In this document: positions 46,154 through 56,821 of the stretch, piece after piece
Layout of the letters: the number at the start of each line of letters is the position of its first letter
How positions within the stretch are numbered: the stretch's first letter is position 1
NCBI GenBank assembly: GCA_014874175.1
Contig: JACWAD010000094.1
Location: forward strand, 3,158-67,157
Reading direction: 5' to 3'
Source of the DNA: Thermoleophilia bacterium
GTDB taxonomy: Bacteria > Actinomycetota > Thermoleophilia > BMS3ABIN01
DNA length: 64,000 nt
The notes under the pieces: model-generated
Databases searched by the model: none
Told to the model about the DNA's origin: nothing
Seen by the model: the letters and a program-made list of their open reading frames with translations, nothing else
Position numbers and translations under genes: made by a program

Positions 46154-47266
46154 TCACCCCTCTGCTTGGCTCAGGGCAAGAGTTGTTTTTCTCCCGACCC
46201 GTTTGCGCAGCAGCGCTCTTCGCAGCACCGGCCGGAACAGCAGGATGATCGCGATCACCGACGCCCAACTGAACGCCGCCACCGGCGGCAGAAAATTGTC
46301 CGGCAGCAGGATGATGAGCAGGCCGGTCACGCCCAGGTTCACCAAGCTGAGCGGGATCAGCACCTTCCAAGCAAAATTCATCAGCTGATCAACCTGGAGC
46401 CGCGGAAACGTGGCAAGGAACCAGATGACGACAAAGGCCAGCGCCAGCACCTTGAGAATCAGCCAGCCGGGACTGCCCGCAAAGGGTCCGCGCCAGCCGC
46501 CCAGGAACAGGGTGGCGCCTGTCAGCGACCAGATTGACGCGTTGCCCCATTCTACCAGGCCGTAAAAGAAGCCAAAGCGCATGCCGCTGTACTCGGTCAG
46601 GTAGCCGGCCACTAGCTCCGATTCCGCCTCGGGCAGGTCAAAAGGGGTGCGGTTAAGCTCAGCCATGCCGGCGATGATGAAGACGAGGAAAGCCAGCGGC
46701 TGTACGGCGATGTACCAGATTTTCCCCTGGGCGCCAACGACGTCGTTGAGGCTGAGGGAGCCCACTAGCATGGCGATGATAATGATGTTGAGGATCATCG
46801 GAACCTCGTAGGAGACCATCTGCGCCACTGACCGGAGGCCGCCCAGGAGCGAATATTTGTTATGCGACGCCCAGCCGGCCAGCAGGATGCCGAGCACCGT
46901 GAAAGAGCTGAAGGCAACAATAAAAACGAGCCCCACGTTCAGGTTGGCAATGGTGAAGCCTTTGCTGAAAGGAATTACGGTCACCGCCAGCACCGGCGTG
47001 ATAAATGCGACAGCCGGCGCCAGCCTGAACAGCAGCCGGTCTGCCTTCAGCGGCGCCACGTCTTCCTTCAACAGCAGCTTCAGAAAGTCCGCAATCGGCT
47101 GGAAGAAGCCCTGGGGGCCGACGCGGTTGGGGCCGAGGCGGTCACTGATGAAGCCCGATAGGCGGCGCACGGCGAACGGAAGCACCAGGGCGCTGAGAGC
47201 CGGCACCGCCAGCCCGATCACCAGCGCCGCAATCAAGTGGATGATGAAAGACGCGCCCCAGCTCAC
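46154..47266 (-). CDS. nuoH: NADH-quinone oxidoreductase subunit H
   Basis: 370 aa, 8 TM helices; NuoH motifs. Confidence 0.9.
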   Translation of the reverse strand: MSWGASFIIHLIAALVIGLAVPALSALVLPFAVRRLSGFISDRLGPNRVGPQGFFQPIADFLKLLLKEDVAPLKADRLLFRLAPAVAFITPVLAVTVIPFSKGFTIANLNVGLVFIVAFSSFTVLGILLAGWASHNKYSLLGGLRSVAQMVSYEVPMILNIIIIAMLVGSLSLNDVVGAQGKIWYIAVQPLAFLVFIIAGMAELNRTPFDLPEAESELVAGYLTEYSGMRFGFFYGLVEWGNASIWSLTGATLFLGGWRGPFAGSPGWLILKVLALAFVVIWFLATFPRLQVDQLMNFAWKVLIPLSLVNLGVTGLLIILLPDNFLPPVAAFSWASVIAIILLFRPVLRRALLRKRVGRKTTLALSQAEG

Positions 47267-48342
47267 CGGTCAACCGCCCCCATGATCAGGTCGAGGCTGC
47301 CGGCGATGCCGACAACGTCGGCGACTTTGTTGCCCGGCAGGATTTTTGGCATCGTTGACAGGGCGACGAAACAGGAATCGCGCATCTTCAGCCGGTAAGG
47401 CCGCAGCGATCCATCGGAGACAAGGTAGTTGCCCCACTCGCCGCGGCCGGTCTCCACGGCGCGGTAGATCTCTCCCGCCGGCGGCCTCAGCATGGGCGGC
47501 ACCCGCATGTTGACCGGGCCGCCCGGCAGGGCGTCCAGAGCCTGCTCGATTATGCGCACCGACTGGCGCAGTTCCTCGATGCGGCACTTGTACCTGTCAA
47601 AGCTGTCGCCGTTGACGCCGACAGGGATGTCAAAATCAAGCTGGGGGTAAACCGAATAGGAGTCGTGCCGCCTGAGGTCCATCGCCACGCCCGAGGCGCG
47701 CAGGTTGGGCCCCGAGAGGCCGAAGTCGAGCGCCTGCCCGGCGCTGATGACCCCCATCCCCAGCGACCGCGCCAGGAAGATCTCGTTGCCGGAGATCAGC
47801 TCTTCGTACTCGTCGATCCTGGCCGGGAACCGTTTCAGAAACTGGCGGCACTGCTCCTCGAAGCCGTCCGGGAGGTCGTAACGCACTCCGCCGGCGCGGG
47901 CGTAGTTGTACATCATCCGCTGTCCCGTCAGCAATTCCAGCAGATCAATGACATCTTCGCGGTCGCGGAAAGTCCATAGCACCGGCGTCAGTGCGCCCAG
48001 GTTGAGCAGGTAGTCGCCGATGGCCATGTGATGGCTGATGATGCGGTTCAGCTCGCCAGCGATCACGCGCAGGTATTCGGCCCGCGGGGGCGGCTCGATT
48101 TCCATCAGCCCTTCAATGCAGCGCACGTAGGCCCATTCCATGAAAAAGCCGGCCAGGTAGTCCAGCCGGCTGAGCATGGAGAAGAACTGCAGGTAAGTGC
48201 GGTTCTCTGCCAGCTTCTCGAAGCCGCGGTGCAGGTAGCCGATGCTGGGATCAACGCTGACGACCATTTCGCCGTCGAGGCGCAGCACCAGCCTGAGGAC
48301 GCCGTGTGCAGACGGGTGCTGGGGGCCCATGTTTAAAACCAT
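47263..48342 (-). CDS. nuoD: NADH-quinone oxidoreductase subunit D (49 kDa)
   Basis: ...MVLNMGPQHPSAHGVLRLVLRLDGE...; the track ORF runs to 48555 but the upstream 70 codons are low-complexity spacer. Start assigned to the ATG at 48342 (uncertain; a TTG ~38 codons upstream is possible). Confidence 0.8.
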   Translation of the reverse strand: MVLNMGPQHPSAHGVLRLVLRLDGEMVVSVDPSIGYLHRGFEKLAENRTYLQFFSMLSRLDYLAGFFMEWAYVRCIEGLMEIEPPPRAEYLRVIAGELNRIISHHMAIGDYLLNLGALTPVLWTFRDREDVIDLLELLTGQRMMYNYARAGGVRYDLPDGFEEQCRQFLKRFPARIDEYEELISGNEIFLARSLGMGVISAGQALDFGLSGPNLRASGVAMDLRRHDSYSVYPQLDFDIPVGVNGDSFDRYKCRIEELRQSVRIIEQALDALPGGPVNMRVPPMLRPPAGEIYRAVETGRGEWGNYLVSDGSLRPYRLKMRDSCFVALSTMPKILPGNKVADVVGIAGSLDLIMGAVDR

Positions 48343-48493
48343 CTCTTCTAAATGGAGGTCCGGTTGATCGCGGCCTATGTCTGTTTCTTGAACGATTGTC
48401 TGACTCCCAAAATCAGTTTCTTGTTTCTGGTTTCCGGTTTCGCGTTCAAACTTCAAAACTCGAAGCCTGCAACTCGCAACTGGAAACCTGAAT

Positions 48494-49042
48494 TCATGAT
48501 CTCTCGCCCCGGTCGCCTTCCCCGGGGAGCCGGCGCGGCGCGGCGATGCCCTCAAACTGCCATTCCCGGCGCTGCTGCCGGTGCGGCCGGGCGTCCTTGC
48601 GCAGGGGATAGACGCCGTCTGCGCTTGTCGTCAGGATGCGGCGCAGATCCGGATGGCCTTCAAACTCTATACCGAGGAGGTCGTAGGTTTCCCGCTCGTG
48701 CCAGCCGGCGGTGCTCCAGACATCGGACACAGTCGGCGCCACGGGCTGTTCCCGGTCCAACTGCGCCCGCATTTCAGCCACAACGGGGTGGTTGACCGAG
48801 CGCAGAATATAGACGGCGTCCATCCTGTCCTTATAGTCAATGCCGCCGGCAAAACTCAGGTATCTGAAGGAAAGCTGCTTGTGGTCCCGCAGCTTTAAAG
48901 CCGCCTCATGCAGCTTGCCTGGCTCAAGCGCAATTACGATCCTGTCCGCTTCCAGGTAAACGTCCGTGGCCAGGCCGCCCAGCAGATGCTGGGCCAGTTC
49001 TGCTGCTTCTGCCTCGCCCAAGGCTGGGGACTCCGCGCTCAC
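48494..49042 (-). CDS. nuoC: NADH-quinone oxidoreductase subunit C (30 kDa)
   Basis: 182 aa; NuoC fold; different frame from nuoD (not a CD fusion). Confidence 0.85.
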   Translation of the reverse strand: MSAESPALGEAEAAELAQHLLGGLATDVYLEADRIVIALEPGKLHEAALKLRDHKQLSFRYLSFAGGIDYKDRMDAVYILRSVNHPVVAEMRAQLDREQPVAPTVSDVWSTAGWHERETYDLLGIEFEGHPDLRRILTTSADGVYPLRKDARPHRQQRREWQFEGIAAPRRLPGEGDRGERS

Positions 49043-49578
49043 TCTTCACCGCCGTCTGCATCGTACTGGACCATCGTGCCGGCCGCCAGCCGGCGCGCCA
49101 GGCCCACCTGTGACTGTTTGCGGATTTTTTCCTGCAACTGGCGCATGCCGTAGATGAGCGCCTCCGGGCGGGGCGGGCAGCCGGGAATGTAGATGTCAAC
49201 CGGCACCAGCAGGTCGGCCCCCTGGACCACGTTGTAGGAATCCCAAAACATGCCGCCGCCGCAGGCGCAGGCCCCCATCGCCACCACCCAGCGCGGCTCC
49301 GCCATCTGGTGGTAGAGGTGTACCAGCACGGGCGCCATCTTGTCGGTGATCGTGCCCGATACGATCATCACATCCGACTGCCTGGGGGTGGCCCGGAACA
49401 CCTCCATGCCGAAGCGGGCGATATCATGGCGCGGCATGGCGGTGGAGATCATCTCGATGGCGCAGCAGGCGAGCCCGTAAGTAAAGGGCCAGAGCGAGTT
49501 CAGCCGCGCCCAGTTAAACAGCGAGTCCGTGGCGGCTGTCACTATATTGGGATGCTCGAACCGCTCCAGGACTGACAT
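49039..49578 (-). CDS. nuoB: NADH-quinone oxidoreductase subunit B (20 kDa, N2 cluster)
   Basis: 179 aa; CCAIEM...GACACGGG...GCPPRP cysteine motifs. Confidence 0.9.
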   Translation of the reverse strand: MSVLERFEHPNIVTAATDSLFNWARLNSLWPFTYGLACCAIEMISTAMPRHDIARFGMEVFRATPRQSDVMIVSGTITDKMAPVLVHLYHQMAEPRWVVAMGACACGGGMFWDSYNVVQGADLLVPVDIYIPGCPPRPEALIYGMRQLQEKIRKQSQVGLARRLAAGTMVQYDADGGEE

Positions 49579-49579
49579 G

Positions 49580-50011
49580 TCAGCTCCACTCCAGGGCGCC
49601 CTTGGCCCAGGCGTAGAGGAGCCCGAACAGGAGCACGGCGATAAAGATCATCATCTCGGCAAATCCTGTCTTTCCCAGGCTGCGGAAGACCAGCGCCCAT
49701 GGGTAGACAAAAACGGCTTCCACGTCAAAGATGACAAACAGGAGGGCGTAGATGTAATAGCGGACTGCGAACGGGGACCAGCTGTCGCCAACCAGCAGCT
49801 CGATGCCGCATTCGTAGGAGCTTAACTTCTCGGAATAGGGGTGGTAGCGTTGCAGCAGCCGCGATATGGCGAGGGTGGCAAAGACAAAGCCGGCGCCCAC
49901 AATCCCCAGGGCGACGACGTAAACGTAGCTTTGCGCATAATCAGGAGTCACTGCGGCTCCCGCGAAAAGCTGCACGGATTTGTGGCCCTCATTCCTGTAA
50001 GCATGTCGCAC
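49580..50011 (-). CDS. nuoA: NADH-quinone oxidoreductase subunit A
   Basis: 143 aa, 3 TM; YECG motif; first gene of the nuo operon. Confidence 0.85.
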   Translation of the reverse strand: MRHAYRNEGHKSVQLFAGAAVTPDYAQSYVYVVALGIVGAGFVFATLAISRLLQRYHPYSEKLSSYECGIELLVGDSWSPFAVRYYIYALLFVIFDVEAVFVYPWALVFRSLGKTGFAEMMIFIAVLLFGLLYAWAKGALEWS

Positions 50012-50218
50012 AAGCGGTAAAGCAGGATCGATGAGCTGGGTGGGCAGCAGGCCAGGCTGGTTGAGTCCGCCCGCGCGGAGGACGCCGCCCTTAGATTTCC
50101 GGCGTTACTATATTAAACGCTTGTTGGAATTACAAATCAGATTGCTGGAGAGGCTGCCCTGCAGGTCAGACGTGCGTCGCGCCTTTTTAGTGCGGCAGGA
50201 TGCAGGACGGATTCTTTT

Positions 50219-50995
50219 CTAGTGCAGCGCCGTGTAGGTTGCGATCACGCCCACCAGGTTAAAAAGCATGTGCCCGCCGATGGAAGGCAAGAGCGAATGG
50301 GTGCGGTGGACGAGAAATGCAAAACCGAAGCCGAGCAGGAAGATGGGCACGAAGATATCCAGCTGAAAATGCGCCAGGGCAAAGATGGACGCCGACAGCA
50401 CTGCGGCGGGAAAAAATCCAAGGCCGCGCTCCAGCCCCTGGTGGATGATGCCGCGGAAGAAGGTCTCCTCCGCCAGCGGTGCGATGATGACAATCTGAAG
50501 CACGGCCAGCGCCAGGTTAAACAGGCCTGGCTGGATCTCCTGAAGCGCCTGCTGCGGGCTTGGCGTGACGAACTGCTCATAAACTGCTGAGCCCAGGTAG
50601 GAAAGGAACAGCACCGCCAGCACCATCAGCGCCCCTTTAACCGGAGTAGTCGGCCGGTATCCGAGCGTTGCCGACCTGAACTGGTAACGGCGCAGCTTCA
50701 GATAGCCAAAGGCTGCGCCCAGGGTGACTACCCACTGTAGAACAAGAAATGCCAGGCTCAGCAGCGGCTGCTGCAGCACATCCATGGATGTGGGCGAGAG
50801 CAGCCTCAAAAACAGGCTCAGAATAATCAGGTCGGCCGCGGCAACCAGGGCGATGATCGCGAACACGTCGCGCACCGACCAGGGCACCGCGCCCGGCCTT
50901 TGCTGCCCCTGCCTGACTTCCTCCGGCTCTGCTTCCGGATTTAGAAGGTCATACTGAACCATAAAACAGGTCCCCCGCTCCTCTCGGGATGACAC
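50219..50995 (-). CDS. CPBP family intramembrane glutamic endopeptidase (CAAX protease/Abi-like)
   Basis: 258 aa; EExxxR (LAEETFFRG) and FxxxH (ALAHFQ) motifs. Confidence 0.8.
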   Translation of the reverse strand: MSSREERGTCFMVQYDLLNPEAEPEEVRQGQQRPGAVPWSVRDVFAIIALVAAADLIILSLFLRLLSPTSMDVLQQPLLSLAFLVLQWVVTLGAAFGYLKLRRYQFRSATLGYRPTTPVKGALMVLAVLFLSYLGSAVYEQFVTPSPQQALQEIQPGLFNLALAVLQIVIIAPLAEETFFRGIIHQGLERGLGFFPAAVLSASIFALAHFQLDIFVPIFLLGFGFAFLVHRTHSLLPSIGGHMLFNLVGVIATYTALH

Positions 50996-51045
50996 ATTAA
51001 CGGTATGACAGCCATTAATACGACATTCTGAATATCGGCCAACAA

Positions 51046-51810
51046 CTAGTCTTTCTTATCCAGTTTCTCCAGAAACGGCCTGATTAAATCTATCGGCACC
51101 GGAAAGATCGTGGTTGAGTTGCGCTCCGACGAGACCTCGACCAGGGTCTGCAGGAAGCGCAGCTGCAGCGCCATTGGTTCCGCCGATATAACGTTGGCGG
51201 CGCTGGCCAGCTTCTCGGAGGCCTGGAACTCGCCTTCGGCGGCGATGATCTTCGCCCGCCGCTCCCGCTCCGCTTCCGCCTGCCTGGCCATCGCCCGCTG
51301 CATTGTTTGCGGAATTTCCACATCCTTGACCTCAACGGTGGTCACCTTGATGCCCCAGGGCGCCGTCTGCTCGTCGATGATCTTTTGCAGTTGCTGGTTG
51401 ATCTTGTCCCGCTCCGCCAGCAGGTGGTCCAGGTCGGACTGGCCCAGGGTGCTGCGCAGGGTCGTCTGGGCGATCTGGGAGGTGGCCATGATGAAATTCT
51501 CCACCGCCATCACTGCCTTTTGCGGATCAAGGACGCGGAAGAAAAGAACGGCGTTGACCTTGACCGGCACATTGTCGCGGGTGATCACCTCCTGCGGCGG
51601 CACGCTCATGGTGACAATGCGCAGGTCAATTTTTACCATCCGGTCCAGAACCGGTATCAGCAGGAACAGGCCCGGTCCTTTCTGGCCAATCAGCCGCCCC
51701 AGCCGGAAGATGACGCCCCGCTCGTATTCCTTGGCGACGCGGATGGCGGCCAGCAGCATAAAAATAACGATAAGGCCGACGATGACGATCAATATTGCCG
51801 CAACAGCCAT
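51046..51810 (-). CDS. SPFH/band-7 (stomatin-like) membrane protein
   Basis: 254 aa; N-terminal TM + SPFH domain + coiled coil; GGGAGG SD upstream. Confidence 0.85.
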   Translation of the reverse strand: MAVAAILIVIVGLIVIFMLLAAIRVAKEYERGVIFRLGRLIGQKGPGLFLLIPVLDRMVKIDLRIVTMSVPPQEVITRDNVPVKVNAVLFFRVLDPQKAVMAVENFIMATSQIAQTTLRSTLGQSDLDHLLAERDKINQQLQKIIDEQTAPWGIKVTTVEVKDVEIPQTMQRAMARQAEAERERRAKIIAAEGEFQASEKLASAANVISAEPMALQLRFLQTLVEVSSERNSTTIFPVPIDLIRPFLEKLDKKD

Positions 51811-51839
51811 GACCTACCTCCCATCTTAAAGTTCCAAGT

Positions 51840-53225
51840 TCAGGTTTTCCTGACCTTCAGCATCATCCCGCTGACCCTGGTCACCACCACTCTTTCCCCT
51901 TTTTCAATGTATTCTCCCTTCGGCGCCTCGGCGCTCCAGATTTCGCCGTTGATAAAAACCTGGCCCAGGGGCGCCAGGCCGGTGCGGGCCACGCCGGTTT
52001 CGCCGATCAGGGCGCTGCGCGGACTTGCCGCCGGCATGCGCCGCGCCCGGAAGGCGGCCCGGGCGACAAACACGAAGAAGGCCGTCGCCAAGGCTGACAG
52101 GACAATGTCAAGCGGCAGCGACACCTTCAGAAACGGGGTTGAGGAGCTGTAAAGGAAAAGCGAGCCCACGATCAGGCTGATGGCGCCGCCAAACGTGAGC
52201 GCTCCATGCGCCGGGACATAGAGCTCTGTGACGAACAGCGCGACCCCAAGCAGGATCAGCGCTGCGCCAACGTAGTTGACCGGGAGAATATGCAGCGCGT
52301 AGAAAGAGACGATCAGGGCGATGATGCCGGCGAGGGCGCCGATGCCGATGCCCGGATGCAGAAATTCGTAAGCGATGGCCAGCAGGCCAAATATAAAGAG
52401 CAAGTAGGCGACGTTGGGATTCAGGATCAACTGCAGGAACCGCTCGCGCAGGGACATGCCCGCCTCGCTGATGGCGGCCCCGGCGGTTTTCAGGGTGACC
52501 CCTTTGGCCCTGGTCCTGAAGCCGTTAAGTTGATTTAATAGCGTATTTAAGCTATCTGCCTTGAAGTCAATTACTTTTTGTGACAGGGCATCGTCGGCGG
52601 TCAGGGAGACGGACTGGCGCACCGCAAGCTCGGCCCAGTCGGCATTGTAACCATTGGCTTCGGCCAGGGAGCGGATGTAAGCGGCGGCGTCATTGATGAT
52701 CTTGCGGCTTTCCACCGTTCCCGGATCTGCGCCGGTGGCCACCGGCGTGGCGGCCCCCAGGTTGGTTCCAGGGGCCATGGCGTTGGCGTCGGCGGCCATC
52801 ATGATGTACGTGCCGGCCGAGGCGGCCCGGGAGCCGGACGGCGCCACATAGGCGATCACGGGCAGAGGGGTGCTCTCCATCTTCTTGATAATGTCGCGCA
52901 TGGCGTCATCGAAGCCGCCGGGGGTGTCAATCCTGAGGATAATGGCTTGCACGCGGTCCTGCTGGGCCTGGTCAATGTTGCCGGCGACAAAATCTGCCAT
53001 CACCGGGTCGATGATGCCGTCAATGGGGATGACCCGCACCTGCGACGGGCCGGCGGCGGGCGAGGCCCTGCCCGACATGGCGCTGGCCGCGACAAGGATC
53101 ACAATGAAAACGCCCAGCACGGCGCCGGGCGCCAGTAGGCGCGAAACCAGGCGCCGCCTGCGTTTGCGGAAACCACCGGCGCGCCTGCGCCGGCGCGGCC
53201 CCCTCGCGGCCCGGCGCAAAGCCAT
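51840..53225 (-). CDS. NfeD-like membrane-bound ClpP-class serine protease (stomatin operon partner)
   Basis: 461 aa; ...IDTPGG... serine protease core, C-terminal TM region and OB-fold; start overlaps the upstream stop (TGATG). Confidence 0.8.
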   Translation of the reverse strand: MALRRAARGPRRRRRAGGFRKRRRRLVSRLLAPGAVLGVFIVILVAASAMSGRASPAAGPSQVRVIPIDGIIDPVMADFVAGNIDQAQQDRVQAIILRIDTPGGFDDAMRDIIKKMESTPLPVIAYVAPSGSRAASAGTYIMMAADANAMAPGTNLGAATPVATGADPGTVESRKIINDAAAYIRSLAEANGYNADWAELAVRQSVSLTADDALSQKVIDFKADSLNTLLNQLNGFRTRAKGVTLKTAGAAISEAGMSLRERFLQLILNPNVAYLLFIFGLLAIAYEFLHPGIGIGALAGIIALIVSFYALHILPVNYVGAALILLGVALFVTELYVPAHGALTFGGAISLIVGSLFLYSSSTPFLKVSLPLDIVLSALATAFFVFVARAAFRARRMPAASPRSALIGETGVARTGLAPLGQVFINGEIWSAEAPKGEYIEKGERVVVTRVSGMMLKVRKT

Positions 53226-54433
53226 CAGGCGGCCCTGACTTTAAACATTTTCAGGCCGATCAGGAAACAAACTGAGCCGTAAGCAAACAATACTGCCGCC
53301 TGGGGAAGGATGTCAGCGAGCCCCTGGCCTTGAATGATGATGCCCTTGATGCCGTCGAGCGCCCATGCATTCATACTCAGGTGACCCAATTTTCGCATAA
53401 AGGAAGGCACTATATCGAGCGGCCACCAACTGCCGCCCAGCGCCGACATCAGCAGGATGGCCAGGATGCCGATAGAAGAAGCCTGGCGCCTCGTTTTGGT
53501 CAGGGCGGCCAGGAGGAGGCCAAAGGAAGTGGCCGTGAAGGCGGTAGCCACCAGCATCAGCGCCAGCCCCGCCAGCGAGCTGCCGGTGTCCATACTGAAG
53601 GCAAAGTGCCCCACCGCAAACAGCAGCGTGATCTGGATTACGCTGACTATGAACTGGGCAAACAGTTTCCCTCCCAGGATGGAGGCCCTTGAAACCGGAG
53701 CCACCATCAGCCGCCCCATCGTGCCCTTGTCCCTTTCTTCCAGCAGCCCTTCGGCACCAATCATGACGCCGAAAAGGAGAAACATCACCGCGAAGCCGGG
53801 AGTTTCAATATCAAAAGTGTTAAGCGTCTTGACGCCGCCGGCGGGCTGCTCTCTGGTCTGGATCGGCTGATTCTGCATTTGCGCGGATGCGGCGGCGGAC
53901 GCCTGGCTGGCCACCGCGGAGGCGTCCGCCTGCCGGTTCTGTTCCACCGCTTCCGCAACGGCCACCTTCGCCGCCACTTCCACCGCCGAAAACCTGTTGA
54001 CGGCGCCGTCGATCATTCCTTTCAGGAACGGGGCCGAGGTGGTGGAATTTGGGTCTTCGTAAACCTGGAGCTGCACTCTTTCTCCGGCCTGGACGCGGGC
54101 GGAGAAATTCTTGGGGATCACCAGTGACAGGCCAGAGCTGCTGCCGCTCTGCTTGAGGGTCTGGCTCTCCCGGTCGCTGGCCGGCTGGATGGTGATATTG
54201 GGGCTGGCGGCGAGGGCATCAGTCAGTTGCTTGCCAAGGCTGCCGGCGTCGTGGTTTGTCACCAGCATCGTCGCATGCAGGCTGCCGCCCTTGTATATAG
54301 GGGAGAGCGCAAAAGAGACAACCACGATCACCACAAGCGGCGTCACCAGCAGGGTCATCCATGCGCCCCGGTCCTTGGCGACTATGAGCAGGTCCTTAGC
54401 GGTTACATACCAGAGTTTTTTTATAGCCGGCAC
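53225..54433 (-). CDS. ABC-2 type transporter permease
   Basis: 402 aa; large extracytoplasmic loop after TM1, 6 TMs. Confidence 0.8.
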   Translation of the reverse strand: MPAIKKLWYVTAKDLLIVAKDRGAWMTLLVTPLVVIVVVSFALSPIYKGGSLHATMLVTNHDAGSLGKQLTDALAASPNITIQPASDRESQTLKQSGSSSGLSLVIPKNFSARVQAGERVQLQVYEDPNSTTSAPFLKGMIDGAVNRFSAVEVAAKVAVAEAVEQNRQADASAVASQASAAASAQMQNQPIQTREQPAGGVKTLNTFDIETPGFAVMFLLFGVMIGAEGLLEERDKGTMGRLMVAPVSRASILGGKLFAQFIVSVIQITLLFAVGHFAFSMDTGSSLAGLALMLVATAFTATSFGLLLAALTKTRRQASSIGILAILLMSALGGSWWPLDIVPSFMRKLGHLSMNAWALDGIKGIIIQGQGLADILPQAAVLFAYGSVCFLIGLKMFKVRAA

Positions 54434-54440
54434 CTCAATG

Positions 54441-55382
54441 TCATTCTCTCAGCTCCTTCCCCGTCAGCTGGATAAACAGCTTCTCCAGGCTAGGGGCATA
54501 AAGCTCCAGGCTGCTGATCTGGCAGCCGGACTGCTCCAGCACTTTCAGCACCGGCGGCAGCGAACGGGCGCTGTTTGAGGAGGAGACAAACAGTTTATTG
54601 TCTTCGCTCCTTGTTGCAGTTACCTCCTGCTGGCCCTGTATTTTTTCCTTAAGCCCAGCCGGGCAGCCGGGCGGCGCCACTTCCAGCTCGATCACTCCGC
54701 CTTCCCCCAGCATTTTCAGCAGCTCCTTGAGAGTGCCGCTGGCAATCACCTTTCCCCGGTCCATGATGGCGATGTGGTCGCAGAGAAGCTCAACCTCTTC
54801 CATATAATGGGACGTATAAAGAATGGTGGCGCCGTTGTCACGAATTTTGAAGATGGTATCAAAAATGTGCTCGCGCGACTGGGGATCGACGCCAACGGTG
54901 GGCTCATCCAGCAGCAGGAAACGGGGGCCGTGCAGCAGCCCGGCGCCCAGGTTGATGCGCCGCTTCATGCCGCCGGAGAATTTCTCGATGTTGTCGTGGC
55001 GCCGCTCCCACAGTTCCACCAGCTCCAGCACGTCGCGGCAGCGCTCGTCCAGCAGGGCGCCGCCGAGCCCGTACATCTTGCCGTAAAACTTCAGGTTTTG
55101 CAGCGCCGTCAGGGTTGGATAGAGGGCGATCTCCTGGGGCACGAAACCGATTATTTCCCGCACCTTGCCCGCCTGGCGCCTGACGCTCAGGCCGTCCACC
55201 GCCGCCTCGCCGCCGGTCGGCTCCAGGAAGGTGGAGAGGATGGAGATAGTGGTGGTCTTGCCGGCGCCGTTAGGGCCCAGCAGCCCGAATATCTGGCCTT
55301 TCTCTATGGAAAAGCTGACGCCGTCAACGGCGGCGATGCCGCCGTATTTCTTGACGAGGCTGTCAGCCTGAACTATGGACAT
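54441..55382 (-). CDS. ABC transporter ATP-binding protein
   Basis: 313 aa; Walker A GPNGAGKTT, signature LSGGMKRR, Walker B LLLDEP. Confidence 0.9.
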   Translation of the reverse strand: MSIVQADSLVKKYGGIAAVDGVSFSIEKGQIFGLLGPNGAGKTTTISILSTFLEPTGGEAAVDGLSVRRQAGKVREIIGFVPQEIALYPTLTALQNLKFYGKMYGLGGALLDERCRDVLELVELWERRHDNIEKFSGGMKRRINLGAGLLHGPRFLLLDEPTVGVDPQSREHIFDTIFKIRDNGATILYTSHYMEEVELLCDHIAIMDRGKVIASGTLKELLKMLGEGGVIELEVAPPGCPAGLKEKIQGQQEVTATRSEDNKLFVSSSNSARSLPPVLKVLEQSGCQISSLELYAPSLEKLFIQLTGKELRE

Positions 55383-55411
55383 CTAGTTCCCAGTATCCAG
55401 CATCCGCTTCA

Positions 55412-55786
55412 TCACGTCAGGTCGATCCGCCAGTCGCGCACTTTCTGGCCGGGAACGAGCGGCATGAAGAACTGCCCCGATTTGCTCTGGCCGGAATCCA
55501 TGCCGATGGTGATGTAATCATTCTGAGAATCGCCGCCGCGCTCATTGAGGTATGCGTGAAAATTGACATTGACGTCGCCGCTGGCGCCGCCGGTGTCTTT
55601 TACCGTGTAATGGAAGTCGGCGCCGTACCTTGTCCCGCTCTGGATATTCATGCCCGATGAGGTTAGCTCGAAGCGCGGGCCCGGCTTCAGCAGCGGAAAC
55701 GCCAGAATCAGGACCAGAACAAAAAGAAACATGGCGGCAATGCGCCAGAAATTGATGCTACGCCAGAGCATTGCTAAACGCTGCAC
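55412..55786 (-). CDS. hypothetical membrane-anchored protein (operonic with the ABC exporter)
   Basis: 124 aa, GTG start in track, single N-terminal TM. Confidence 0.45.
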   Translation of the reverse strand: MQRLAMLWRSINFWRIAAMFLFVLVLILAFPLLKPGPRFELTSSGMNIQSGTRYGADFHYTVKDTGGASGDVNVNFHAYLNERGGDSQNDYITIGMDSGQSKSGQFFMPLVPGQKVRDWRIDLT

Positions 55787-55831
55787 GGTTCATGTTTAAC
55801 GCTTGACGTAATTGTTCGATTTCAGGCTTTT

Positions 55832-56764
55832 TCAAGCCTCCACTTCCTCAAAATGCGACAGCAGCTTGAACTCGGCGAACCGGTCCAGAATATCCTGCAT
55901 CTTAAGGGTTTTCATGCGGCCGAGGCTGAAATCCTCCACGTTGAAGCTGGCCAGGGTGGAGCCGAAGACGATCGCCTGGCGGATGGAGGCGTCATTTATC
56001 TCCTCAACCGTAGACAGGTAGCCCATGAAGCCGCCGGCGAAGGTATCGCCGGCGCCGGTGGGGTCGTAGACATCCTCGAGCGGATAGGCGGGCGCCGAGA
56101 AGACCGAGTGCTGGTTGAACATGAGCACGCCGTATTCCCCCCGCTTGACCACCAGCGTTTCCGGGCCCCAATTCAGGATCTGCCGCGCCGCCTTCACCAG
56201 GCTGGGCTCACGGGCCAGCTCCCGCGCCTCGGCGTCATTGATAATAAGAATATCAACCTTCTGCAGAGTCCGGCGCAGCTGGTCGTAGGCTCCTTCGATC
56301 CAGAAGTTCATCGTGTCGCAGGCAATGATGCGCGGCGCGCTCACCTGCTCCGCCACCTGCAGCTGCAGTCCCGGCTGGATGTTGGCCAGGAAGACGAACT
56401 CGCTGTCCTTGAAGCTCGTCGGGATTTTTGGGGCAAAGGTCTCGAACACGTTCAGCTGCGTGTCCAGCGTGTGCGCTTCATTCAGGTCGTAGTCGTAGCG
56501 GCCCTTCCAGCGGAAAGTGGCGCCCCGGGCCCGCTCCAGTCCGGAGAGGTCAATATCGCGGCGCTTGAGCAGATCGAGGTGCTCTTCGGGGAAGTCCTCG
56601 CCGATTACGCCCACCAGCCGCACGTGATTGAAGAAGCTGGCAGCATAGGAAAAATAAACCGCCGCTCCGCCCAGCGCCTCCTCGGCCTGGCCGAAGGGCG
56701 TCTCGACGGTGTCGAGGGCGACGGAACCGACTGCCAGAATGGTCAAATTTTTCCTCCAAACCAT
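55832..56764 (-). CDS. PfkB family carbohydrate/nucleoside kinase
   Basis: 310 aa; DPTGAGDTFAGGF motif. Confidence 0.85.
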   Translation of the reverse strand: MVWRKNLTILAVGSVALDTVETPFGQAEEALGGAAVYFSYAASFFNHVRLVGVIGEDFPEEHLDLLKRRDIDLSGLERARGATFRWKGRYDYDLNEAHTLDTQLNVFETFAPKIPTSFKDSEFVFLANIQPGLQLQVAEQVSAPRIIACDTMNFWIEGAYDQLRRTLQKVDILIINDAEARELAREPSLVKAARQILNWGPETLVVKRGEYGVLMFNQHSVFSAPAYPLEDVYDPTGAGDTFAGGFMGYLSTVEEINDASIRQAIVFGSTLASFNVEDFSLGRMKTLKMQDILDRFAEFKLLSHFEEVEA

Positions 56765-56821
56765 TGTTGCTGGAACCAGGATATTCTAGTCAGCCACGCG
56801 AGGTTTGTCATCTCTGTGATT

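Noticed and set aside
48494-48555. Possible NuoC-NuoD fusion (as in E. coli NuoCD) suggested by the 60-nt overlap of the track ORFs
   Set aside because: The two ORFs are in different reading frames and the overlapping part of the NuoD ORF is a low-complexity spacer. The real NuoD start is at or near 48342.
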